Source of the DNA: Amphiscolops sp. MND2022
Taxonomy: Eukaryota
Length of the DNA: 64,000 bases
Assembly (NCBI GenBank): GCA_964187785.1
Contig: OZ076420.1
Coordinates: 45,136,001 to 45,200,000, forward strand
Direction: 5' to 3'
Shown here: in pieces, positions 24,850 to 35,418 of the stretch
How the letters are laid out: every line of letters begins with the position of its first letter
How positions within the stretch are numbered: position 1 is the stretch's first letter
Program-made: the position numbers and the translations under genes
Notes under the pieces: model-generated
What the model was told of the DNA's origin: nothing
The model's input: only the letters and a program-made list of their open reading frames with translations
Databases searched by the model: none

Positions 24850-25804
24850 TATTTGAAAAGGGAACCAAACCTTTGCTCTCGCTCACATATGTTGACGTAA
24901 TTGTAAACAATGGTTAAAAAACGAGAACATTCCAAGTTGGCGGTCTGCATGAGGCTCAAAAAGCGCAAAATGTCAAATGTGCTCACAGTGGTTTCAAGCA
25001 AAATCTGACCTTTGAGAGATTAAAAACCAAAGGGACAGCATGTAGCCTCAAAACTACCTTTAATCGACTGAAGTCATCAAAAAGTACCATTATGGTGAAA
25101 AAACTTCTTCAATTTTCTTTAAAAGTCGCAGTACCGGAAAACAATTTTTCCGAAGTTGGAACAGTGTGATCTTCGAAGAGGGCCCTTTTGTAAAAAGGAA
25201 ATTTTCTTGAAAAGTTACATTGTGCCAAAAACAAACACTCAATGGGGTTGCTACTTTTTAGACTTTTTGTTTTTAGTTAGAGGTCCGAGATGAGAAATGG
25301 TCCTAGATATGTTTTAGACTAGCTTCACGATATGAAATCACTGACGATCAACAAATTGAACGAAAAAAGAATCATTCTGTGTGACTTTTTACAAAAAGAC
25401 CTGCCTCTGCAAGACTTGGGCATTTTTTCAATTTCAAAAAGCGCCAACAAAGTTGTTTTTCTACTGATTAGATGACAAAAAAAATCCAAAAACAATTCAG
25501 CAATGCTAGAAAACAGCAGAAAATTTTGACTTTGGGAGAAAACCTCTACTCGGTGGGTGATCGCGTTCACTTCGTTCAAATAGTACGCAGAGCTTAGAAA
25601 AGTTCGCCTTCTAATTAGACGATTGCGAAAAAAGTGCTGGAAGAAAGTTAGAAAACATAAAATGCAAAACTTGTCACTGGGTGTTTTTTCTGTATAATAA
25701 TTCCCGAGAAAAGGCAAGAGAACCTCGATAAAAACCAAAACTATGGAAATGCCAAAAAATTCAAACGTTCAGAAAATTGTGACCTGAACACTGACTCTAA
25801 ATAG

Positions 25805-26197
25805 CAAGCCGGGACGGCCCAAGTCTGTGCTTCGCTCAAGGCACAAAAGTGTACCCGGGGACGTGGTTTTAATATCACTTAATGAATAAAGATTTTTCGA
25901 AAATCCAAAAAAGTCTTATCCTAAAGCTCTACAATTAGACGCAACTTGTGAAATTATGAGGAAAATATCGATAACAGTATACCAGAAATGAAAACGTTAT
26001 ATCCGAATTTTGAAAACGTTACATCCGAACTTTGAACACGTTTTATCCGAATTTATGTACGTGTTGAAGTTATGTATGTTCTAAAGGTTGTCTGCAAGTT
26101 GAACAAATTTGATTGATAGAAATTGATAGAATCTGTCATTTCGTCGGTCTAAAAAAGCCACCACTATAGTAGTCTCTCTACAAAAGCGCCGACTAAA
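25805..26197 (-). mobile_element. Diverged HINE-like family 1 copy with an internal ~21-bp tandem repeat (GAAAACGTTATATCCGAATTT, ~25988..26052)
   Basis: CAAGCCGGGACGGCCCAAGTC start; CACTATAGTAGTC...GCGCCGACTAAAA end. Confidence 0.6.
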
Positions 26198-26473
26198 ACT
26201 ACGTTTTTGGATAAATGGAATTTTTTCTTTCCTCGTACGTAATCTTGCTGAGGCGTATTTTTAGGAAATCAAGAAACACATCGAATATTCCGTTCCACAA
26301 GGTTCATTTTTTGCCCCCTTTTCTTTCTGTTGTACATCAAGTACGTTTCTGAATTATGCAAAAGTGAGATATCGTTATTTTGCTGATGACACAAAACTTA
26401 TACTTCTGAAGAACAAACCAATGGGTTGAAAGGTCTTTAAGTATATTTGGAGCAATTGAAGGCTTGATTCCTA

Positions 26474-26849
26474 ACAAGACGCCCGCTAAGCACCAGGATA
26501 TTTTCCGCCTTCTTCGCCTTCACTAACTGAGCCATAGCTATTTTGGGAATAGGATTTGAAGTATAAGATCTAAAATTTAGTGATTTTAGATCTTATTCCC
26601 TTTAGATATTATTCCCGTCCGGAAATTTTAGATCTTATTCATTTTAGAATTTATTCCCATTTTTGACTTTAGATATTATTCCACCCTCTAAGCTGTTTTA
26701 GTTACTTGACTATTTCAGTATTTAAAATAGTCAAGTAACTAACTATAGGTGAGGTCGAAGAAACTGGGAGCAGATTTGGCAGAATTTGGAAAAAAACGCA
26801 ACCGATTATGATTTTCCTCCCCCATTACATGTGGGCGGAAAATAATAAA
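26474..26849 (-). mobile_element. HINE-like family 2 copy with internal TAGATCTTATTCCC-type tandem repeats
   Basis: Same termini as 11741..11976 but a different internal sequence (26550..26690 repeats instead of the tRNA-like segment). Confidence 0.6.
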
Positions 26850-27004
26850 CAAGATGACAGTTAACGTATCCAAGTTTACAACTTTACGTAAGTGGGTGCA
26901 TATCCTGAACGTCAGTTTTTTGACCATTTTAATAAATTTCGGTGTTTTGTTTTGTATATCTGTCCTCCACTTGTTGAGGTTTTCAGTATTTATATATACG
27001 GGGG

Positions 27005-28940
27005 TGTAGAAATTTTTGCTAGAGGGTTAGGAGAGAAATCTCGATTCTAACAGAAAGGTTTAGTTTTTAGTGAGTAAGTTTCGTCCACGTATCGCGTATT
27101 CTTTTCACAAAGTCTCTCCGGTGCTCAAGTTTCGACTCCAAAACACTATGGAAAAGTTACTTGCAATTAATACTCTAATTCAGGAATTATCTGGATATAA
27201 CAAGTCGAAGGTTTCCACAGTATATAAACTCTCAATCAAATAACAATAGCACAGCAGGCGAATGAATTATATACAATAACTCGACAAGACTGTGCCAGGA
27301 TCACGATTCACTCAAAAGATTTCCAAGTCCCGGACTTGTAACTAATTCTCTGCTCTCACTAAGCAGTTAAGTCAAATTCGATCTCGAGTAGGTTTCTTGC
27401 CCGCACACGGCTCAACTTACTCTTAACTTCGTAGTCGTTCTTCTGAGTCAATTCGGTCTCTTTTTCCCTCCCTGGGATATTTATTCATCAGCCGCATTTT
27501 TGTTGTACCAATGTCGCTCGTTTATTTGCATGCTTTTAACTTCATGTCATTCCATTCCTTTTATGGCATGGCAGCTCCCTAGTTATGTTTCGGCCAGACA
27601 TTCTTCGCCGCCAACGACAAATAGTTCAACAATGGTTGTGCAAAGTTCACATTTCAATAATATTTCAAGTCAACCAAGATATTTCCAATATCGAGCCAAT
27701 CGTTTAATGACCTTCAGTTACATGGTTTACATGCTCTCTACGTGTGAGGGTTACTTTTCCGTCCTTTTGGGCGTAATGCATCGCGAATTCTCTCGCCTGT
27801 CTGAAATGCATAAATTATCGCTTAGCGGCGCTGATTTACATGTTTCATCATAAGTTTCTCTATATTTTCATGGGTTGCATCCACAATGACCTTAAGATCC
27901 ATCTGTGACCTTGAAGTTATTTGTCATCATCTAATGTCACTACATGCCAAGTTATATCGTCCTAGGGTCAATGGTTCCCGAGTTACATGATATGCGTATC
28001 GTTTGTTTACTTAAGGCGGTTACCCCCGCATGGGTTACAAATAGGGTTTCATTCACGTTAAAAATCGACTACATTCATTATTCCGGTTCGTTTGAGATAT
28101 TACAAGCCAAGGTCAATGTCTTTTATCGGTCGGGCCCGCGCGTCCGGTCCCGCGTGCCTTAAACAAACATTACTCCGCTCGCGGTGGACCGATTAATGTA
28201 TCTTTCATGTATTTTACTTAGGGTTACTAGCTAAACATCTTGGGTAAGTTTCGTGATCTTCGGGCCATCCGGTGGCTATTTACATAACATTTGAGGTTTA
28301 TTTACATAGGGTCCGTGCTCCTCCTACGCGCGTCGTAGGTTTCCGAAAATGTGCGCAAACGGCTTAATATCCTATGGGCTATCAATTCCATATACAATAC
28401 GACTTACTCCGTGCTTGGTCGACGAGTTCGTAGGGGGGTCGACCTAGGTCACTTCCGGTGCTAATAGCCCGGGGCTGGGGGGTCTCGGCTCAGTTCTGTT
28501 TTTATAGGCGCGTGGCATAACAGCTCAGGTATACGTGTGCCAAATTTCAGGTCTCTACGATAAATAGTCTTTGAGAAAATCCCGACTGGGGGGGGGGGTT
28601 CGCCGGTTTTGTCACACTTGGTTTTCCCGGGTGGTATCTTAGAATATTTTCGCTTGGAAGTGGGACTTAGTAAAATTCGCTCCAAGTGGTCGATTCTAAC
28701 TTAGCTGATTCGAACAATTTCGTTATTGACGTCGATTCTATCTTACTCAAACAATCAAATTTACTCTTTCTATTATCCGTATACCAAAACCATTAACGAA
28801 ATACGTCTACTTCGCCTTTTCAGCTGTTTTCACCATTCCGACGGTTTTTAAAACGTGATTAACATAGTTCTGCCTATCGTATGTACTTCGCGCAAAAATG
28901 ATGGGATTTTTCTAAAACGCCAAAATCTAAAAATTCTACA
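27005..28940 (-). repeat. 3' LTR (1936 bp)
   Basis: Begins TGTAGAAATTTTTG and ends AAAAATTCTACA (short imperfect inverted termini); near-identical to 33478..35418. Confidence 0.95.
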
Positions 28941-28954
28941 CTCTTCCCTTCTGG
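28941..28954 (-). promoter_or_regulatory. Polypurine tract (plus-strand primer)
   Basis: Minus strand CCAGAAGGGAAGAG immediately precedes the 3' LTR TGTAGAAT. Confidence 0.8.
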
Positions 28955-30779
28955 ACTTTTATTCTCCCGAATAAACTTAGCGGTATTGTCATTGGCTGAA
29001 TCGTGGGATCTAGGTTAAACATATATAAATGTGGGGGGAGGATTCGGGATTGGTAAAAATGATTTCGGACTAAAAAATAACACCGATCGTTGATAATATG
29101 TACAGTGTTCCTGAAGGAGTATAGCATCGAATAAAAAAAAACAATTAAAATATCAAATAAAACATAACTCATTTGCGCACCAGGGGAGGTTGAAGAAAGT
29201 CAACCATAAACTCGAGCAGACTGATGACATCCTCAATTTCTTGATCTTCCTGGTGGGTTCGTATTATGGCCCAGTCATATAAAAAATTGAATAAAATATT
29301 CTACAGCAATGTCCTCGGAGGTATTGTAATTACTTCTTGACAATAGAGATCACGACAGAAAATGTCAACGACGATAGGTTCTCCATCGAACCAGCATCTG
29401 ATCCGATCCAATCTCACCGGTCTGGTTCGGTCCGGTAGGGGCCAGTCAAAGAAAAGTTTTCTGAAAGCCATCTATGCAATTGCAAGAACAATAGGTATCA
29501 AACGACGGGTAATTCTTTATGATAGATGCGTTTCTTTATCCAACTTTTATTTAGAGAGCTATTTAGAGGGTAAACAAAGATTTTCCTGTGGTCTTATTCT
29601 ATATCGGCAATTCGGGTACGGACTTTCATGGTTCCCTACTTGCTTGCTTAGTTATTCACGATTAGACGTCGTCAAAGAATCATAATTAAATGAAGTGGGA
29701 TTTTCGTCGTTGGAAGTTTTGTTTACTCGGCATATTTACTCTTTTACCACAGTCAACTTTCGCCAGCTCGGATTTTCGGTACTGCTTAATTATACATCCA
29801 TACGCTTTCCTCTACGCCTAAATCAAAACGAGAATAACAACACGGCACAAGGTCCATTCCTATTGAGTCTGTATTGGGAATCTCAGTACTTCCGCGTGGT
29901 GTTCGAGATCACCCGTATGGAAATTACAGAGCATCACGAGGTCCAGCTGACCGTGGAGGGCGAATTGGGCGCGTTATGTCTGGACTACCTTAGCCCTGGT
30001 TGTGTAGAATTCGTCATCTTCCTGAGGAACCTCGCCACATCGGAGATTGGTCTGGTGGGAGTGCAAAAACTTCGTCTCCTCATTGCCCGCCAAAAACTCT
30101 GGGGTGCTCTGCGGGAGCCAACCCCTCCACATTTCTTACTTTAATTCATCCGTATAAACATCATCTGTCATCATCGACTTCCTTCGTTAAAATTGAAATA
30201 CAGTTTTCATAGCTCTGCCTCTAATTTGAGAAAGTCCCCTTTAATGCTTACGAACGATTTTGCACCGCATCATTAACTCGGGGTAGTCATTTTAAGGAGG
30301 GGAGGTCGGTTGATCGTAGATAAAAAAATATATATATATAGTCAAGGCGGAACACCGCTTTGATAGAAGAGTATCTCAGGGCGATTAAAACATGAGACAT
30401 ACTTTCTTTGGAAGGGGGAATCCTCAGGAACAGGTCTTGTTGGGTCGTGAAAATTATACGCAAGAACATGTCTTGAGCCTTGGGGGGGTGACATTGTTTC
30501 GAGGCGCCGTTGTTTTAGTAATACCCCAAATTCTAATACCTAGCACTGCTAATTCAAAATTCTTTCTTCCCTTCTGCTCGCTTCGAAACAACGTCATAGG
30601 GGGGTTTCAGGTGTTCACGGGTGGCGCGTTAACTGATTTATAGAAAGAACATAAACAAAAAAAACGTAAGATTAAGGAAAGTTTCACTATGTTTCGTAAA
30701 GTCGTCAAGCCGAATCGAAGTTTCGGGTCAAATACATCTAACCGAAGACACGTCAATCTCCCGAAGTGATAGTTGTTCT

Positions 30780-31736
30780 TTAAGCCATCATCTTCTCACG
30801 TTTGTACGGTCCAGTGGTATCCGGCTGAGCCGCTCCGCGTTTGACTGACCACAATCCTGCATTCTCGCTCCTCTTGTGTCGGAGAGACCGCAACCCTCGC
30901 TCCTTGAACTTTCCCAGTTCTGATTGTTGGTTCCTGTCGAACCAGTCGTCAATGTACTCCGAGCTGGAAGGTGTCGGCGAAGGGCGTTCTCCCCTTCTGC
31001 TTCCAACTTCTTCGACGTCAGTCTCGCAATTGGGAGTCGGGTTCTGCTGAGGGACTACATACACTGTAATAGCTACGTGACTCCCTTTGAAGACGTCTTT
31101 AATTAGGCTTCGTATTTCACTCCAATTCAGTTTATCCAACCCACAGCCCATCCTCGGCAGGCCTATTCTGTGGACCCCAGACCACTCCGCGTGGGTCCTC
31201 ATCTGTTGTAGCGACGTTTTCACGGATTCGTAGGTCGGTTTCTCGAAGTATCGTTGTTTGGTGACCAAGTGATACACGTAACGACGTTTTCCTTCAATCC
31301 ACTGCGCAAAAACTGGCTGTCTCTTGTGGTTGACATCCTTTGGATAAGTAGTGGGATACCTCGTTTTGACTTGCTTGGCAACTCCGATCCCCATGTGGAA
31401 ATCTGCCGAAACACAGTGAGCCAAACAACCTTTGGACGAAAATAGGTCTCCTTCGATCTCTTTGTACTTCAGGTTTCCGCGTCCTCCGTTGACGTCATCA
31501 TCGCCAAAAAGGGTCACCTGATGAGGTTTCAGGGTAGTAACGATGGAGCATCTGCTGCCATCACTCCTGTTCTGAGACTCTGTTGTCGATACCATGCGAA
31601 AATCAGCATCTGTGTCCACTATCATTGCGTCCCATCGCCTTGGTGGCGGTTTCTCTCCGGAATCCCATCTTGGATTCTTGCTGTCGGGAACGCTCAAGTG
31701 CTGAGTGGAGGATGTCGACCGTGAGAGTTCAGTCAC
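30780..31736 (-). CDS. ORF with a TARG1/OARD1 (C6orf130, Poa1p-like) macrodomain at about 31053..31472, carried by the LTR element
   Basis: EIEGDLFS..CLAHCVSADFHMGIGVAKQVK..RYVYHLVTKQRYFEKPTYESVKTSLQQMRTH..GVHRIGLPRMGCGLDKLNWSEIRSLIKDVF..ITVY aligns end to end with recalled human TARG1 (KGDLF..LAHCISEDCRMGAGIA..YIYYLITKKR..KPTYENLQKSL..SMPRIGCGLDRLQW..ITVY). The true start is uncertain: first ATG encodes M in WDAMIVD, and the track start is GTG. Confidence 0.9.
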   Translation of the reverse strand: MTELSRSTSSTQHLSVPDSKNPRWDSGEKPPPRRWDAMIVDTDADFRMVSTTESQNRSDGSRCSIVTTLKPHQVTLFGDDDVNGGRGNLKYKEIEGDLFSSKGCLAHCVSADFHMGIGVAKQVKTRYPTTYPKDVNHKRQPVFAQWIEGKRRYVYHLVTKQRYFEKPTYESVKTSLQQMRTHAEWSGVHRIGLPRMGCGLDKLNWSEIRSLIKDVFKGSHVAITVYVVPQQNPTPNCETDVEEVGSRRGERPSPTPSSSEYIDDWFDRNQQSELGKFKERGLRSLRHKRSENAGLWSVKRGAAQPDTTGPYKREKMMA

Positions 31737-31903
31737 CGCGCTTTCACGGCTGTCACTGGTGCTCCGCTGGTAACAACTTCCGTCTTCGCCTCATTGCGAT
31801 GCAACAACTCTCATTTTCAGCGGTTCTGAGGACAGAGGAGGTATGGACAGTTCGTCTTTCCCAAAGTCAAAAATCATTCTATGCTTTTTCACGAAGTTCA
31901 AGC

Positions 31904-33271
31904 CTAGAATAACGGATGGCTCGCAGTGGGAACCACCACAAATTCTTCCTGCTCCTTCAAGGGTCCCAGCTGCAAATTTAGTCGGGTTAATCCTTCAGTC
32001 GTCACTGGTTGACCGTCTACAGACCGCAACTCTCCACGAAACTCTTTGACCTCATCAGGGGGTCTAAGCGATTCCATTGTACTTGAGTCCACCACGTTCA
32101 CGCCAGCTCCCGTGTCCAACAAAATGTCCATCTCTCTTCCCTCAATTCGGGCTTTCACAAAAACACCGCTGTTATAACCAGAACAGTCTACCACACGCAC
32201 AGCGTTCAGCGCTTTTCTTTCAATTGCTAAGCCGGCCCTCTCAACAATTTGTGCAGTTTTCTCTCTTGTCAACTTCCCGTGCACCTCAGGAGCGTCTTCG
32301 ACCATCACCTGCCGTTTGGGGCATTGCTGGGGAAAATGTCCAAAACCATCGCAAACAGGGCAGATATCGGCTACAAAACCGCCATTTCCCTTGAATTGTC
32401 GTTCGGTCGCCACAGGGGTGGCCTCACGTTTGGGTGGGTCTGTCATCCCAGCCTGCTTCTCAGGTCTCACAGTTGTTGACAGAGTTTCCATGAAAGTCAT
32501 CATCATCTGCGTCATCTCGTCCATTCTTCTAGTGAGCTGTTGTAACCCTTCTTTCCACGGTTCGTCTGAATAACCACGGATGTCACGACATGAGTCTTGC
32601 TGCCTTCCAAACTCTTCGTACCGCTCTTGTTCATTCCGTGAACGGCCACGTGTTGTTCGAGCAATAACTTCCAAGTCAACAGCCCTGTTCACTAGATCCC
32701 CAAATGTTTGTGGGTTTTCTTTCAACAACTGAACTTCCAGTTGTACATCGCACAAACCCTCGAGAAACTTCTCGCAGAACAACTCGTCTCTCGTGTTGGG
32801 GTCCTTCTCTGAGTAGGCAATTTTTCCAATGTTTCTCACTCGTCGGGCAAATTCCCTCAGGGTTTCCTCTGGTTGCTGTCGAAGTTTTCTAAATTCTGCT
32901 TTCCCCAGACGGTCATTTCGCATCATCCCCATTTCTCTACCCAGAAAATTAAATAGTGCAGCTAACGTACGTGCATCTTCCCCATCCACTTGCTCTCTCA
33001 GTTCTCGAGGCGCAGTGTTGTACTCGTCCAATGCGTACCCAATCAAGCACACAGGCACAGCTTGCAGACCTTGCAACTCAGTCCATCCGTTGGCTCTGCC
33101 AACTCTGTAAAAGTGCGTTTTCCATTGGGACCAATCTGGATAGTTCTGCGAGGGGAAGCTGTCAGGTCTGATTGCTCCATTGCCAAACAGCCGATTCTCA
33201 TTCCCGTTGAGGCCCTGTATCACCCCTTGGGCGACAGCCTCCATTATTGCAAGTCGCTGTTCGTCTTCCAT
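31904..33271 (-). CDS. Retrotransposon Gag (capsid plus CCHC zinc knuckle)-aspartic protease, truncated by a frameshift near 31920
   Basis: W..WKTHF..V..ANGW Gag motif; F..LRQ..EETLREF; CPVCDGFGHFPQQC (CX2CX4HX4C); MDILLDTGAGVNVV protease. The protease tail PSVILGLNFVKKHRMIFDF continues in another frame. Confidence 0.9.
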   Translation of the reverse strand: MEDEQRLAIMEAVAQGVIQGLNGNENRLFGNGAIRPDSFPSQNYPDWSQWKTHFYRVGRANGWTELQGLQAVPVCLIGYALDEYNTAPRELREQVDGEDARTLAALFNFLGREMGMMRNDRLGKAEFRKLRQQPEETLREFARRVRNIGKIAYSEKDPNTRDELFCEKFLEGLCDVQLEVQLLKENPQTFGDLVNRAVDLEVIARTTRGRSRNEQERYEEFGRQQDSCRDIRGYSDEPWKEGLQQLTRRMDEMTQMMMTFMETLSTTVRPEKQAGMTDPPKREATPVATERQFKGNGGFVADICPVCDGFGHFPQQCPKRQVMVEDAPEVHGKLTREKTAQIVERAGLAIERKALNAVRVVDCSGYNSGVFVKARIEGREMDILLDTGAGVNVVDSSTMESLRPPDEVKEFRGELRSVDGQPVTTEGLTRLNLQLGPLKEQEEFVVVPTASHPLF

Positions 33272-33456
33272 ACCCAAAGCGTTACTTCAGGCACCAACTA
33301 GTTGCAATAGAGAACCGTCTCTGCTTGTTGTACAAGAACGTTCTCAGTCGATCAACCTCATCGGATAATGTGCTTGTTTTGATCGCGTCGTGAAGGGATT
33401 ACAGCTAAGTCCCAGTAAAACAATTCCAAAATAACAGCGATACAGAACTACGAAAA

Positions 33457-33476
33457 TAGCCCACCCAGGAGCGTCA
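33457..33476 (-). promoter_or_regulatory. Primer-binding site, tRNA-Asn-like
   Basis: Minus strand TGACGCTCCTGGGTGGGCT lies 1 nt after the 5' LTR. It is complementary to the recalled metazoan tRNA-Asn 3' end (..AGCCCACCC(A/G)GG(A/G)..CG-CCA), but reads TGA instead of TGG. Confidence 0.72.
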
Positions 33477-33477
33477 C

Positions 33478-35418
33478 TGTAGAAATTTTTGCTAGAGGGT
33501 CGGAGAGAAATCCCAAAGGCTCGATTCTAACAGAAAGGTTTAGTTTTTAGTGAGTAAGTTTCGTCCACGTATCGCGTATTCTTTTCACAAAGTCTCTCCG
33601 GTGCTCAAGTTTCGACTCCAAAACACTATGGAAAAGTTACTTGCAATTAATACTCTAATTCAGGAATTATCTGGATATAACAAGTCGAAGGTTTCCACAG
33701 TATATAAACTCTCAATCAAATAACAATAGCACAGCAGGCGAATGAATTATATACAATAACTCGACAAGACTGTGCCAGGATCACGATTCACTCAAAAGAT
33801 TTCCAAGTCCCGGACTTGTAACTAATTCTCTGCTCTCACTAAGCAGTTAAGTCAAATTCGATCTCGAGTAGGTTTCTTGCCCGCACACGGCTCAACTTAC
33901 TCTTAACTTCGTAGTCGTTCTTCTGAGTCAATTCGGTCTCTTTTTCCCTCCCTGGGATATTTATTCATCAGCCGCATTTTTGTTGTACCAATGCCGCTCG
34001 TTTATTTGCATGCTTTTAACTTCATGTCATTCCATTCCTTTTATGGCATGGCAGCTCCCTAGTTATGTTTCGGCCAGACATTCTTCGCCGCCAACGACAA
34101 ATAGTTCAACAATGGTTGTGCAAAGTTCACATTTCAATAATATTTCAAGTCAACCAAGATATTTCCAATATCGAGCCAATCGTTTAATGACCTTCAGTTA
34201 CATGGTTTACATGCTCTCTACGTGTGAGGGTTACTTTTCCGTCCTTTTGGGCGTAATGCATCGCGAATTCTCTCGCCTGACTGAAATGCATAAATTATCG
34301 CTTAGCGGCGCTGATTTACATGTTTTATCATAAGTTTCTCTATATTTTCATGGGTTGCATCCACAATGACCTTGAGATCCATCTGTGACCTTGAAGTTAT
34401 TTGTCATCATCTAATGTCACTACATGCCAAGTTATATCGTCCTAGGGTCAATGGTTCCCGAGTTACATGATATGCGTATCGTTTGTTTACTTAAGGCGGT
34501 TACCCCCGCATGGGTTACAAATGCGGTTTCATTCACGTTAAAAATCGACTACATTCATTATTCCGGTTCGTTTGAGATATTACAAGCCAAGGTCAATGTC
34601 TTTTATCGGTCGGGCCCGCGCGTCCGGTCCCGCGTGCCTTAAACAAACATTACTCCGCTCGCGGTGGACCGATTAATGTATCTTTCATGTATTTTACTTA
34701 GGGTTACTAGCTAAACATCTTGGGTAAGTTTCGTGATCTTCGGGCCATCCGGTGGCTATTTACATAACATTTGAGGTTTATTTACATAGGGTCCGTGCTC
34801 CTCCTACGCGCGTCGTAGGTTTCCGAAAATGTGCGCAAACGGCTTAATATCCTATGGGCTATCAATTCCATATACAATACGACTTACTCCGTGCTTGGTC
34901 GACGAGTTCGTAGGGGGGTCGACCTAGGTCACTTCCGGTGCTAATAGCCCGGGGCTGGGGGGTCTCGGCTCAGTTCTGTTTTTATAGGCGCGTGGCATAA
35001 CAGCTCAGGTATACGTGTGCCAAATTTCAGGTCTCTACGATAAATAGTCTTTGAGAAAATCCCGACTGGGGGGGGGTTCGCCGGTTTTGTCACACTTGGT
35101 TTTCCCGGGTGGTATCTTAGAATATTTTCGCTTGGAAGTGGGACTTAGTAAAATTCGCTCCAAGTGGTCGATTCTAACTTAGCTGATTCGAACAATTTCG
35201 TTATTGACGTCGATTCTATCTTACTCAAACAATCAAATTTACTCTTTCTATTATTCGTATACCAAAACCATTAACGAAATACGTCTACTTCGCCTTTTCA
35301 GCTGTTTTCACCATTCCGACGGTTTTTAAAACGTGATTAACATAGTTCTGCCTATCGTATGTACTTCGCCCAAAAATGATGGGATTTTTCTAAAACGCCA
35401 AAATCTAAAAATTCTACA
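33478..35418 (-). repeat. 5' LTR (1941 bp)
   Basis: Direct repeat of 27005..28940; about nine substitutions and three indels seen by eye. Confidence 0.95.

Larger units (their letters stand above)
27005..35418 (-). mobile_element. Ty3/gypsy-type LTR retrotransposon derivative (gag-protease plus TARG1-like macrodomain; no RT/RNase H/integrase seen)
   Basis: Two ~1.94-kb direct repeats with TG..CA termini; PBS and PPT in the positions expected for the - strand; Gag with a CCHC knuckle and a DTG protease; internal region 4537 bp. Confidence 0.92.

Noticed and set aside
27500-28162. ORFs 27500..27853 and 27944..28162, duplicated at 33980..34333 and 34424..34642
   Set aside because: They recur only because they lie in the LTRs; no domain resemblance and antisense to the element.
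28955-30780. env-like gene in the LTR element
   Set aside because: No sense-strand ORF of at least 60 aa with signal peptide, furin site or TM anchor.
30945-30956. YIDD in the macro ORF tail resembling the RT YxDD active site
   Set aside because: The context (PSSSEYIDDWFDRN) is low-complexity and none of the other RT motifs are present.
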